Part shown: piece by piece, positions 51,256 through 61,365 of the stretch
Position numbering within the stretch: position 1 is the first letter of the stretch
How the letters are laid out: each line of letters begins with the position of its first letter
Origin: an uncultured Gammaproteobacteria bacterium
GTDB taxonomy: Bacteria; Pseudomonadota; Gammaproteobacteria; UBA9214
DNA length: 64,000 nucleotides
Reading direction: 5' to 3'
Assembly: GCA_963748215.1 (NCBI GenBank)
Contig: CAVVHS010000003.1
Location: forward strand, 157,884 to 221,883
The notes under the pieces: generated by a model
Database searches by the model: none
What the model was told of the DNA's origin: nothing
What the model saw: only the letters and a program-made list of their open reading frames with translations
Position numbers and translations under genes: made by a program

Positions 51256-52743
51256 ATGACGCCTGAACAATTCAACGCCCTGGTTGACCAGGGATACAAT
51301 CGAATCCCCGTGACCCGCGAGGTGCTTGCCGACCTCGATACCCCGCTCAGCACCTTCGTCAAGCTGGCGCACGGGCCCTATTCCTACCTGTTCGAGTCAG
51401 TGCATGGCGGTGAAAAATGGGGGCGCTATTCCATCATCGGACTGCCGTGCTCCACGGTGCTGCGTGTCACCGGTCATGACATCACCGTCCTGAAAGACGG
51501 GTCGGTGGTCGAGACGGCAACCGCCGAGGATCCGCTGGCATGGGTTGCTGCATTCCAGTCGCGCTACAGGGTGGCTGAATTGCCCGATCTGCCACGATTC
51601 AACGGCGGGCTGGTCGGGTATTTCGGTTATGACACGGTCCGCTACATCGAACCGCGACTGGCGGCTTTCGACAAGCCGGACCCGGTCGGTTGTCCGGATG
51701 TCCTGCTCATGGTGTCGGACGAATTGCTGGTATTCGACAACCTGGCGGGTACGCTGCAGCTGATCGTGCACGTTGATCCGGCGGCGGAGCAGGCGCTGGA
51801 GGCAGGGCAGCGTCGTCTGGATGAGCTGGTGGCCCGTCTGCATGATGCCACGCCGGCCTACGAGTCGGGTGCGGCTGCCGGGGAGCAGGTCACGGAGGCC
51901 GATTTCGTGTCCGGGTTCACGCGGGCCGGATTCGAGTCGGCTGTCATGCGCATCAAGGACTATATTGTCGAAGGCGATGCCATGCAGGTGGTGTTGTCGC
52001 AGCGCATGTCGATTCCGTTCAGTGCGGCTCCGCTCGACCTGTACCGGGCCCTGCGCCGGCTCAATCCCTCGCCCTACATGTACTACCTGGACCTGGGTGA
52101 TTTTCATATTGTGGGTTCGTCGCCGGAAATCCTGGTGCATGTCGAGGCAGGCCAGGTGACCGTGCGGCCCATTGCCGGGACACGGCCGCGCGGCCACGAT
52201 GCAGCGCAGGACCTGGCGCTGGAGCAGGACCTGCTGGCTGATCCGAAGGAACTCGCGGAGCATCTGATGCTGATCGACCTGGGACGCAATGATGTCGGTC
52301 GCGTCAGCGTCGTCGGCAGCGTCAAGGTGACTGAAAAGATGGCGATCGAACGGTATTCCCATGTCATGCATATCGTTTCCAACGTGGTCGGTCAGTTGCG
52401 CCCGGAGCTTGAAGCGATGGATGTATTGCGTGCCACCTTCCCGGCCGGCACGGTAAGCGGCGCGCCGAAGATCCGCGCCATGGAAATCATCGACGAGCTG
52501 GAGCCGGTCAAGCGTGGCGTTTATGCGGGCGCGGTCGGCTACCTGTCCTGGTCGGGCAATATGGATACGGCAATCGCGATACGCACTGCCGTGATCAAGG
52601 ACGGTACGCTGCATATCCAGGCCGGCGCCGGGATCGTCGCCGATTCCATCCCGGAGAACGAGTGGGACGAAACCATGAACAAGGGGCGCGCGATTTTTCG
52701 CGCAGTCGCCATGGCCTGCCGGGGGCTGACCGGCAGACACTGA
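51256..52743 (+). CDS. trpE: Anthranilate synthase component I
   Basis: [35 protein letters not shown]. Confidence 0.97.
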   Translation: MTPEQFNALVDQGYNRIPVTREVLADLDTPLSTFVKLAHGPYSYLFESVHGGEKWGRYSIIGLPCSTVLRVTGHDITVLKDGSVVETATAEDPLAWVAAFQSRYRVAELPDLPRFNGGLVGYFGYDTVRYIEPRLAAFDKPDPVGCPDVLLMVSDELLVFDNLAGTLQLIVHVDPAAEQALEAGQRRLDELVARLHDATPAYESGAAAGEQVTEADFVSGFTRAGFESAVMRIKDYIVEGDAMQVVLSQRMSIPFSAAPLDLYRALRRLNPSPYMYYLDLGDFHIVGSSPEILVHVEAGQVTVRPIAGTRPRGHDAAQDLALEQDLLADPKELAEHLMLIDLGRNDVGRVSVVGSVKVTEKMAIERYSHVMHIVSNVVGQLRPELEAMDVLRATFPAGTVSGAPKIRAMEIIDELEPVKRGVYAGAVGYLSWSGNMDTAIAIRTAVIKDGTLHIQAGAGIVADSIPENEWDETMNKGRAIFRAVAMACRGLTGRH

Positions 52744-52840
52744 TTCAAGGGTCGCCGGTGTCCGGCAGGTCTTGCAAACAGGTCGGCCAGACTGCCATGC
52801 CGTATTGCCCGGATACTCTATTTACAGGGATAATGAGCAC

Positions 52841-53419
<579 letters not shown>

Positions 53420-53449
53420 AACAGATAACCCTGAGAACGGACCAGACTG

Positions 53450-54466
53450 ATGGATTTGCCACAAGCTATCGCCGCTGTCATCGATCATCGCGATCTGTGT
53501 GCCCGGGATATGGAAGAGGTCATGCGACTGATCATGACCGGACAGGCGACCCCGGCCCAGATCGGCGGTTTTCTGGTCGGATTGCGAATGAAGGGCGAGA
53601 CGGTCGAGGAAATTGCCGCAGCCGCAAGGGTCATGCGGGAATTGGCCACCCATGTGAATGTCAGCGGTCCGCATCTCGTCGATACCTGCGGCACCGGTGG
53701 TGACGGTGCCAGCACATTCAATATTTCCACTGCCAGCGCCATCGTGACGGCTGCCGCAGGTGCGCGGGTGGCGAAGCATGGCAATCGCTCGGTTTCCAGC
53801 AGTTCCGGAAGTGCGGATGTGCTGGAGGCGGCCGGTGTCAGGCTCGACCTTGACTCCGAACAGGTCGCTGCCTGTATCGACCGGGTGGGCGTCGGCTTCC
53901 TGTTCGCACCGCAGCATCACAGTGCCATGAAACACGCCATCGGGCCGCGCCGGGAAATGCGCGTGCGTACCCTGTTCAATCTGCTTGGCCCGTTGACCAA
54001 TCCGGCCGGCGCACCGAACCAGGTGCTCGGTGTGTTCAGTCCGCTCTGGGTGGAACCGCTGGCGCGGGTGCTCAAGCAACTCGGCAGCGAGCATGTGCTG
54101 GTGGTGCATGCCGAGGACGGTCTGGACGAAATCAGTATTTCAGGCCCGACGCGGATCGCGGAGCTGAAAGATGGCGTGATCACCGTGTACACGGTTTCAC
54201 CAGCCGATTTCGGCATGCAGCATGCGGACCTGGCCACGATTGCCGTGAGTGATGCGCAGGCGAGCCTGGCCATGATCAATGACGTCTTCGCAGGAGTGCC
54301 GGGGCCGGCCCGCGATATCGTGGCGCTTAACGCCGGTGCGGCAATTTACGCGGCCGGTCTTGCCGCCACGCTGGCAGAGGGGGTGGAGCTGGCCGGCAAG
54401 ACCATTGCCAGCGGCAAGGCGCAGCAGACATTTCAGGCGCTCATTGAAGTGTCGAACGCAGCCTGA
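53450..54466 (+). CDS. trpD: Anthranilate phosphoribosyltransferase
   Basis: [19 protein letters not shown]. Confidence 0.97.
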   Translation: MDLPQAIAAVIDHRDLCARDMEEVMRLIMTGQATPAQIGGFLVGLRMKGETVEEIAAAARVMRELATHVNVSGPHLVDTCGTGGDGASTFNISTASAIVTAAAGARVAKHGNRSVSSSSGSADVLEAAGVRLDLDSEQVAACIDRVGVGFLFAPQHHSAMKHAIGPRREMRVRTLFNLLGPLTNPAGAPNQVLGVFSPLWVEPLARVLKQLGSEHVLVVHAEDGLDEISISGPTRIAELKDGVITVYTVSPADFGMQHADLATIAVSDAQASLAMINDVFAGVPGPARDIVALNAGAAIYAAGLAATLAEGVELAGKTIASGKAQQTFQALIEVSNAA

Positions 54467-54469
54467 TCC

Positions 54470-55273
54470 ATGCGTGATACCCCGGATATCCTGAAACGCA
54501 TTCTCGCCCGCAAGGTCGAGGAAATCGATGCGCGCAATCGCATCGTCAGCCTGCAGGCTCTGGGTGAGCGTGTGGCGAACGCCGATGAGCCGCGCGGCTT
54601 CGTCAGCAGTCTGCAACGCAAGATCGCCGCAGGACAGCCAGCCGTTATCGCCGAGATCAAGAAGGCGTCGCCCAGTCGCGGCATTTTACGCGAGGACTTC
54701 GACCCGGTGCAGATCGCGGTCAGCTATGCGCGTGCCGGTGCTGCCTGCCTGTCGGTACTGACCGATGTTGATTTTTTCAAGGGCGATGACAGCTATCTGC
54801 AACAGGCGCGGGCTGCCTGTTCGTTGCCGGTATTGCGCAAGGATTTCGTGATCGATCCCTACCAGGTGTACGAGGCACGTGTTTTGGGTGCTGACTGTAT
54901 TCTGCTGATTGTCGCGGCGCTGGGCGATGCGATGCTGGAGGAACTTTATCAGCTGGCAGTGCACCTGGGCATGGATGTGCTGATCGAGGTCCACGACCGG
55001 GAGGAGCTAGATCGAGCACTGGAAATACCCGCGCCCATGATAGGTATCAACAACCGCGACCTGCGTTCCTTTGAAACTAGCCTCGATGTGACGTTGGGAT
55101 TTCTCGGCCGGATCACGGATGACCGGATTGTGGTAACCGAAAGCGGGATTCACACGCCGGCCGACGTGGGACTAATGCGCTCCAGAGGCGTGAATGCCTT
55201 CCTGGTCGGGGAGGCGTTCATGAGAGCGGCAGATCCGGGTGAAAAGCTGGCCGAGTTGTTCGGCCGGGTATAA
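54470..55273 (+). CDS. trpC: Indole-3-glycerol phosphate synthase
   Basis: [24 protein letters not shown]. Confidence 0.97.
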   Translation: MRDTPDILKRILARKVEEIDARNRIVSLQALGERVANADEPRGFVSSLQRKIAAGQPAVIAEIKKASPSRGILREDFDPVQIAVSYARAGAACLSVLTDVDFFKGDDSYLQQARAACSLPVLRKDFVIDPYQVYEARVLGADCILLIVAALGDAMLEELYQLAVHLGMDVLIEVHDREELDRALEIPAPMIGINNRDLRSFETSLDVTLGFLGRITDDRIVVTESGIHTPADVGLMRSRGVNAFLVGEAFMRAADPGEKLAELFGRV

Positions 55274-55276
55274 ATC

Positions 55277-55942
55277 CTAGCGGGTGCCGAATACCACGAT
55301 GGTCTTGCCCTTGACCGAGACATGGCCCTGTTCGCCGAGGGCCTTCAGTACGCGACCGGCCATTTCACGCGAGCAGCCGACAATGCGCCCCAGTTCCTGG
55401 CGGGTGACCTTGATCTGCATGCCGTCCGGATGGGTCATGGCGTCCGGCTCCTTGCACAGTTCCAGCAGTGTATGTGCAATACGACCGGTGACGTCTAGAA
55501 AGGCCAGGTTGCTGACCTTGCGGCTGGTCTTGCGCAGACGGGTGGCCATTTGTGCTGTGAGTTCCAGCAGGATGTCCGGGTCTTCGCGTGCGAGGGTGCG
55601 GAACCGGGCGTAGCTGATTTCCGCGACTTCGCATTCGCTGCGGCTCCTGATCCATGCGCTGCGGTTGGCGTGCTCCCCGAACAGGCCCATTTCCCCGAAA
55701 AAGCCGCCGCCGTTGATGTAGGCCAGTACAATTTCGTGGCCTTCCTCGTCCTCGATCAGCACACTCACCGAGCCCTTCACGATGTAGTAGAGAACATCCG
55801 GCTGGTCTCCGGCGTAGATGATTACGCTCTTGTTCGGGTACTTGCGTCGGTGGCAGTGTTCCAGAAACCGTTCCACGCAGGGATTGACCGTCGTGCCGGG
55901 GAGGGTTAAGTCGTCCACAAAGGGGAGTATGAGCGTTTGCAT
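55277..55942 (-). CDS. crp: cAMP receptor protein Crp/Vfr
   Basis: [35 protein letters not shown]. Confidence 0.96.
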   Translation of the reverse strand: MQTLILPFVDDLTLPGTTVNPCVERFLEHCHRRKYPNKSVIIYAGDQPDVLYYIVKGSVSVLIEDEEGHEIVLAYINGGGFFGEMGLFGEHANRSAWIRSRSECEVAEISYARFRTLAREDPDILLELTAQMATRLRKTSRKVSNLAFLDVTGRIAHTLLELCKEPDAMTHPDGMQIKVTRQELGRIVGCSREMAGRVLKALGEQGHVSVKGKTIVVFGTR

Positions 55943-56009
55943 GCTTCTTATATCGGGCCGGTATTCCGTAGCTTTAGGTGTTTATCCGACTGATATCCGG
56001 GGCGGATTC

Positions 56010-56025
56010 TGTGATAGGCTTCGCA
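56010..56025. promoter_or_regulatory. CRP-like box in the crp/osmC intergenic region
   Basis: TGTGA-taggct-TCGCA versus TGTGA-N6-TCACA. Confidence 0.55.
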
Positions 56026-56048
56026 TTTTCCACGGCTGGATCGACATC

Positions 56049-56477
56049 ATGAGGGCACGGGTCAAATGGGTCGAGGCGGCCACCTTTCTGGGTGAATCCG
56101 GCAGCGGCCACGCGGTGGTCATGGACGGGCCGCCCGAGGGCGGTGGGCGTGACCTGGGAATCCGCCCCATGGAGATGCTGCTGCTCGGCATGGGCGGGTG
56201 CACGGCCTACGATGTCGTCCACATCCTGAAAAAGGCCAGGCAGCCGGTGACGGACTGCGTGGTCGAGCTCGACGCCGAGCGCGCTGCAACCGAGCCCAGG
56301 GTGTTCACCCGCATCCATGTTCACTTCGTGGTGACCGGGCGTGATCTGCCCGAGAAACAGGTCGCGCGCGCCGTCGAGCTTTCGGCCGACAAGTACTGCT
56401 CGGCTTCGATCATGCTGGGCAAGGTGGCGGAGATAACCCACGATTTCGAAATTCGCACGGCGGGAGTGGCGGACTGA
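56049..56477 (+). CDS. OsmC/YhfA-family protein
   Basis: RPMEMLLLGMGGC..KYCSAS; divergent from crp. Confidence 0.93.
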   Translation: MRARVKWVEAATFLGESGSGHAVVMDGPPEGGGRDLGIRPMEMLLLGMGGCTAYDVVHILKKARQPVTDCVVELDAERAATEPRVFTRIHVHFVVTGRDLPEKQVARAVELSADKYCSASIMLGKVAEITHDFEIRTAGVAD

Positions 56478-56905
56478 TGCAGCGGCCTGCTGCGACACTG
56501 GGCATGCATCATGTTGCCCTGAATGTCCACGACATGGCTGCCTGCGAGGCCTTCTACATCGGCCTGCTGGGAATGGTCGAGGAATGGCGGCCGGATCCTG
56601 ATAACCTCTACCTGACATCCGGTCATGACAATCTTGCCCTGCATCGTGTCGCTGGCCACGTGCCCGCCGGCAGCGGGCAGCGGCTCGATCACATCGGGTT
56701 CTTCGTCGCCACCGCGGGTCAGGTGGACGAATGGCACGAGTTCCTAAAAGCGCACAATGTTGCCATAATTGCGGTGCCCAGGACGCATCGTGATGGCGCG
56801 CGCAGTTTCTACTGCAGCGATCCGGAAGGGACCGTCGTCCAGGTCATTCATCACCCGCCGTTTGTTACTTCCCGGCACCGGAACAAAAGCCAGGCCAATG
56901 CGTAA
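56477..56905 (+). CDS. VOC/glyoxalase family protein
   Basis: [27 protein letters not shown]. Confidence 0.9.
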   Translation: MQRPAATLGMHHVALNVHDMAACEAFYIGLLGMVEEWRPDPDNLYLTSGHDNLALHRVAGHVPAGSGQRLDHIGFFVATAGQVDEWHEFLKAHNVAIIAVPRTHRDGARSFYCSDPEGTVVQVIHHPPFVTSRHRNKSQANA

Positions 56906-57698
56906 ACTCAAGTTACATGGTTTCAATAACCTGACCAAAACGCTCAGCTTCAATATCTACGATATCTGCTATGCGCGCACCAGGAAACAGCGTCGTGAAT
57001 ACATCGAGTATATCGATGATGCCTACAACGCGGATCGTCTGACCGACATCCTCTCGGATGTCGCTGAGATTATCGGCGCCACTATCCTCAATACCGCCCG
57101 GCAGGACTATGAACCGCAGGGCGCCAGCGTCACCATGCTGATCTCCGAGGAACCGCTCACCTCGGGGCATCTCTCGAACACCGAGGCGCCCGGCCCCCTT
57201 CCGGAGTCGGTGGTTTCGCACCTCGACAAGAGTCATATCACGGTGCATACCTACCCGGAGAGTCACCCTGACAACGGCATAAGTACCTTTCGCGCCGACA
57301 TCGATGTGTCGACCTGTGGCCGCATTTCGCCACTGAAGGCGTTGAATTACCTGATCCACAGCTTCGAATCGGATATCGTGACCCTGGATTACCGTGTGCG
57401 CGGGTTTACCCGTGACGTGCGTGGACGCAAGCATTATATCGATCACAAGATCGACTCGATCCAGAATTACCTGTCAAAGGATACGATCGAGCGTTACCAG
57501 ATGATCGACGTCAACGTGTACCAGGAAAATATTTTCCACACCAAGATGTGTCTGAAGGAGTTCGACCTGGAGAACTACCTGTTCGGTGATGCCAAGGAAG
57601 ATTTGACTACAGTCGAAAAGCGCCAGATCCGGGCGAACGTCAACAAGGAAATGCTCGAGATATATTACGGCAGGAACCTGCGCGGGAGAGGCAGGTAA
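56898..57698 (+). CDS. speD: S-adenosylmethionine decarboxylase proenzyme
   Basis: [29 protein letters not shown]. Confidence 0.97.
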   Translation: MRKLKLHGFNNLTKTLSFNIYDICYARTRKQRREYIEYIDDAYNADRLTDILSDVAEIIGATILNTARQDYEPQGASVTMLISEEPLTSGHLSNTEAPGPLPESVVSHLDKSHITVHTYPESHPDNGISTFRADIDVSTCGRISPLKALNYLIHSFESDIVTLDYRVRGFTRDVRGRKHYIDHKIDSIQNYLSKDTIERYQMIDVNVYQENIFHTKMCLKEFDLENYLFGDAKEDLTTVEKRQIRANVNKEMLEIYYGRNLRGRGR

Positions 57699-57739
57699 TC
57701 CCGCGGCATTGCCGGCTGCCGCAATGCAAGTACAGAAGG

Positions 57740-58384
57740 CTAGATGCGGTAGGCCGTCAACGTCATCACGCGCGACGCCAGTGCCATCAGCTTCTTTACC
57801 GGTTCGGGCAGCTTCACGCCGCCGGCACTGACGGCAGTATTGCGGTGCTTCGCCTCGTCGATTTTCATTTGCTCGACAATAGCCCGTGATTTGCGGTCCC
57901 CGCTGGACAGGCGTTGCAGGTGCCCGTCGAGGTGATTGACGACCTGCTGTTCGGTCTCGGCAAGGAAACCCAGGCTCCACTTGTCGCCCAGCAGGCCGGA
58001 GCATGCGCCGATTGCCAGTGACCCGGTATACCATACGGGGTTGAGCAGGCTGGTGTGGCCACCCAGGTCATTTACGCGCTGCCGGCACCAGGTGAGGTGA
58101 TCGTTTTCTTCTGCCGCCGCCTGTTGCATCTGGCCGCGCGTCTCGGCGCGGCGTGCGGTAAGCGCCTGTCCCTGGTACAGGGCCTGCGCGCATACTTCGC
58201 CCGCATGATTGACACGCATCAGGCACAGGCTTTCCGCGCGTTCCGTCGAGGAGAGTTTGTCATCCGTGGCTGATTCGGCCGGGTTGGCACGTCCCGACCC
58301 CGTCGGTTCTCCGAATACGGTTCGCAGCGCCTGGTCTGCCTGGAGAATGATTCCGTCAAAAAAAGACAGTCCGCGCTGCATCAT
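57740..58384 (-). CDS. coq7: Demethoxyubiquinone hydroxylase Coq7
   Basis: [28 protein letters not shown]. Confidence 0.95.
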   Translation of the reverse strand: MMQRGLSFFDGIILQADQALRTVFGEPTGSGRANPAESATDDKLSSTERAESLCLMRVNHAGEVCAQALYQGQALTARRAETRGQMQQAAAEENDHLTWCRQRVNDLGGHTSLLNPVWYTGSLAIGACSGLLGDKWSLGFLAETEQQVVNHLDGHLQRLSSGDRKSRAIVEQMKIDEAKHRNTAVSAGGVKLPEPVKKLMALASRVMTLTAYRI

Positions 58385-58466
58385 GCTGCCAAGATAGCAC
58401 GAAGATTGTTTACCGTCTTCATCGCCACGGCTTTCCCTGGCCACGGCGACACGGTATCGTTTCCCC

Positions 58467-58775
58467 ATGTCGTACTACCGCTACCACGTCTTTTTCTGTA
58501 CCAACCTGCGTGCCGATGGCAGTGCCTGCTGCCAGCGCCATGATGCGCAGGCCCTGCGCGATTACGCGAAGCAACGCAGCAAGGAGCTGGGCCTGGCCGG
58601 GGCGGGCGGGGTGCGCATCAATACGGCCGGATGTCTGGACCGTTGTGCCGAGGGCCCGGTGCTGGTGGTGTACCCCGAAGCCGTCTGGTACACCTATCTG
58701 GACCGCGAAGATATCGAGGAAATCATCCAGGAACACCTGGTCAACGGCCGCATCGTCGAGCGGCTGCGTATCTAG
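58467..58775 (+). CDS. Thioredoxin-like 2Fe-2S ferredoxin
   Basis: [26 protein letters not shown]. Confidence 0.93.
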   Translation: MSYYRYHVFFCTNLRADGSACCQRHDAQALRDYAKQRSKELGLAGAGGVRINTAGCLDRCAEGPVLVVYPEAVWYTYLDREDIEEIIQEHLVNGRIVERLRI

Positions 58776-58952
58776 CGAATGAGCCCCGGTCATGGGTTGC
58801 GGTACACACGGCGCGACGGTGAAAAATCCGCCCCTGCACCTCATTGGTTATATAAGATATGTATATCAATTAGTTGAGTCGATCCGGGCGACGACGCAGG
58901 GTGCGACAGAATGTCACTTGACAGTTTAAACGTTATATTAGAAAATACTAAC

Positions 58953-59051
58953 ACGCTGATTGGCCTGCCCCCCTATTTTGGCCGGTCAGCGCTCCTCCAC
59001 CTCCCCCCAAGGAGGTTTTATTAGCGCGGCTTTCGAGCCGCGCTTTTTTTT
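58953..59051 (+). ncRNA. Candidate ~100-nt sRNA with C-rich anti-SD motifs
   Basis: TTGACA at 58918, GAAAAT 17 bp later, strong terminator AGCGCGGCT-ttcg-AGCCGCGCT+T run, no ORF. Confidence 0.5.
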
Positions 59052-59312
59052 GCCTGAAGGGCGCTTCTCCGTTGTCTTGCTGCCCTGTTTCTGCAATATC
59101 CGGACAGCCTTTCCCGCAGAGTGTCCTGGGGCCGGGCTGTCTACGGTCATCGCCTGGGGAAGCGCGGGGCGGCATTTTACCCGGCCGGCGTCCCAAGCAG
59201 TGCAGGCACCGATTCATTGAATACAGGGGGGTGTGCAGGGGATGCCTTGTATGTTCGGGCCGATTTTTGTAACATCCCCGCTCTTTGATTTGCGCGGTCC
59301 AGAGCAAGACTC

Positions 59313-59741
59313 ATGAACACATTTACTGCAAAACCGAACGAAGTGAACCGGGACTGGTATGTTATTGATGCGAAGGGAAAAACCCTGGGTCGCCTGGCAA
59401 GTGAAGTGGCGCGCCGCCTGCGTGGCAAGCACAAGCCCATCTATACCCCTCACGTCGACACCGGTGACTATATTATTGTCGTGAATGCTGACAAGGTGCA
59501 TGTCACCGGTCGCAAGTTCACCGACAAGATGTATCACCACCATACCGGCTATATCGGCAACCTGAAGTCGGCCAGTTTTGCCAAGATGCAGGAACGGGCG
59601 CCTGGACGGGTCATTGAAATCGCCGTCAAGGGCATGCTGCCGAAAAACCCGTTGGGTCGTGCCATGTACCGCAAGCTGAAAGTGTACAGCGGCCCGGAAC
59701 ACATGCATGCCGCGCAGCAGCCCAAGCCTCTCGACTTCTAA
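59313..59741 (+). CDS. rplM: 50S ribosomal protein L13
   Basis: [27 protein letters not shown]. Confidence 0.99.
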   Translation: MNTFTAKPNEVNRDWYVIDAKGKTLGRLASEVARRLRGKHKPIYTPHVDTGDYIIVVNADKVHVTGRKFTDKMYHHHTGYIGNLKSASFAKMQERAPGRVIEIAVKGMLPKNPLGRAMYRKLKVYSGPEHMHAAQQPKPLDF

Positions 59742-59784
59742 GCAATAGCAGGGTGGCCAAGGCCACCAGTACAGGAATACCAGA

Positions 59785-60174
59785 ATGAGCGATACCTATT
59801 ACAGTACCGGACGACGCAAGACCTCCACCGCGCGCGTATTCCTGCGCAAGGGCAGTGGCGGCATTACGGTGAACAACCGTCCCCTGGACCAGTATTTCGG
59901 TCGTGAAACCGCGCGCATGATCGTGCGTCAGCCACTGGAAACGACCAACATGTCCGACAGCTTCGATATCATGGTCACCGTCAAGGGTGGCGGCATGAGT
60001 GGCCAGGCCGGCGCTATTCGTCATGGCATCACCCGTGCCCTGATGGAATACGACGGCCAGTTGCGGCCGACGCTGCGTCGTGCCGGTTTCGTAACCCGCG
60101 ATGCGCGCCAGGTCGAGCGCAAGAAGGTCGGCCTGCACAAGGCACGCCGCGCACCGCAGTACTCCAAGCGCTAA
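59785..60174 (+). CDS. rpsI: 30S ribosomal protein S9
   Basis: [28 protein letters not shown]. Confidence 0.99.
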   Translation: MSDTYYSTGRRKTSTARVFLRKGSGGITVNNRPLDQYFGRETARMIVRQPLETTNMSDSFDIMVTVKGGGMSGQAGAIRHGITRALMEYDGQLRPTLRRAGFVTRDARQVERKKVGLHKARRAPQYSKR

Positions 60175-60189
60175 CGCGTTACCGCTTGT

Positions 60190-60263
60190 TGGCGGATCGT
60201 CTAACGGCAGGACAGAGGACTCTGACTCCTCTAATCTAGGTTCGAATCCTAGTCCGCCAGCCA
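60190..60263 (+). tRNA. tRNA-Gln(CTG)
   Basis: TGGCGGA/TCCGCCA acceptor stem, anticodon arm GAGGA-CTCTGAC-TCCTC, GGTTCGAATCC, encoded CCA. Confidence 0.95.
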
Positions 60264-61240
60264 TACAGCAAAAGGGCCCATCAGGGCCCTTTTGCTGTAT
60301 TGAATGGTGCGGACTGGGATGAGAACCTCAGGTTCGACAACCGAGCGAAGCGAGGTTGAACGTCGCCGCGTGCGGCGGCGGCCCGCAGGGCGAGGGGCGC
60401 TTCGCCCCGAGTAATCCTAGTCCACCAGCCAACAAATAACCCCGCCCTTGTGGCGGGGTTATTTGTTGGCTGGTGGTCGATGGGTGAGGAGCTAGTCAGG
60501 TTCGACAAAATCGCCGGGAGGCCGCTCTCGCACATCCCTGTGTTTCGCGGCACTCGTTCATCCTGAACATCGCGGTTTGAACAGTGTCGCAACGCGACGC
60601 TGGCCCGAAGAGGTGCGCGGGGCGTAATGCCCCGCGTAGATAAACTCCCGGAGTAATCCTGGTCCGCCATGCCAAATCATGCAGCGAGTCCGGGAGGACT
60701 CGGCTGTATGGTTTTAAAAATAGTGGCCCATCAGGGCCCTTTTGCTGTATTGAATGGTGCGGACTGGGATGAGAACCTCAGGTTCGACAACCGAGCGAAG
60801 CGAGGTTGAACGTCGCCGCGTGCGGCGGCGGCCCGCAGAGGTGCGCGGGGCGTAATGCCCCGCGTAGATAGCGCCCCGAGTAATCCTGGTCCGCCATGCC
60901 AAATCCTGCAGCGAGTCCGGGAGGACTCGGCTGTATGGTTTTAAGAATGGTGGTCCGTGCGGACGTGGCTGTTGGTCGATGGGTGAGTAGCTAGGCAGCG
61001 GTTGCCGATGCAGGAGTCGTAGGGTGCGTTTTACGCACCGTTACTGGTGCACGGAGTGCACACTGCAGCATGCAATGATATCTCTGTGTTCTTCCGTGGC
61101 CAGTATCCTTTACGCAATGAGTAGGGATAAGGTGAAACCGCGTAGCGGTCGAGATACTGGCCTGAGTCATGCCCGGAGCCATCCTGGTCCGCCACGCCAA
61201 ACCATGCAGCGAGACCGTGAGGACCCGGGTGTATGGTCTA
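60264..61240 (+). repeat. Array of tRNA-3'-end-linked structured repeats (three complete units + one degenerate)
   Basis: GGTTCGACAA at 60331, 60499, 60781; GAGyhATCCTrGTCCrCCA..CCA at 60409, 60651, 60878, 61176; 60275-60388 identical to 60725-60838. Confidence 0.9.
61019..61066. repeat. GTAG-type REP doublet (same family as 15722-15894)
   Basis: GTAGGGTGCGTTTTACGCACC + GGTGCACGGAGTGCACACTGC. Confidence 0.8.
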
Positions 61241-61365
61241 ATGAATGCTAAACCCACCCTTGTGGTGGATTTGGATCGAGTGACGGGCTGGTCGGATGCA
61301 GCAAGCGTGAGATCGTTTATGCAGGCTCTGCGTGAGCGCAGATCCGGACAACCGGTGTTTCGAGG

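Noticed and set aside
60331-60431. Additional tRNA genes in the array
   Set aside because: Only T-arm halves and the 3' acceptor strand are present; no D or anticodon arm
60264-61240. CRISPR array or prophage attL/attR interpretation
   Set aside because: Repeats are tRNA-derived, the intervening parts are long, structured and partly duplicated, and no cas, integrase or cargo genes are present
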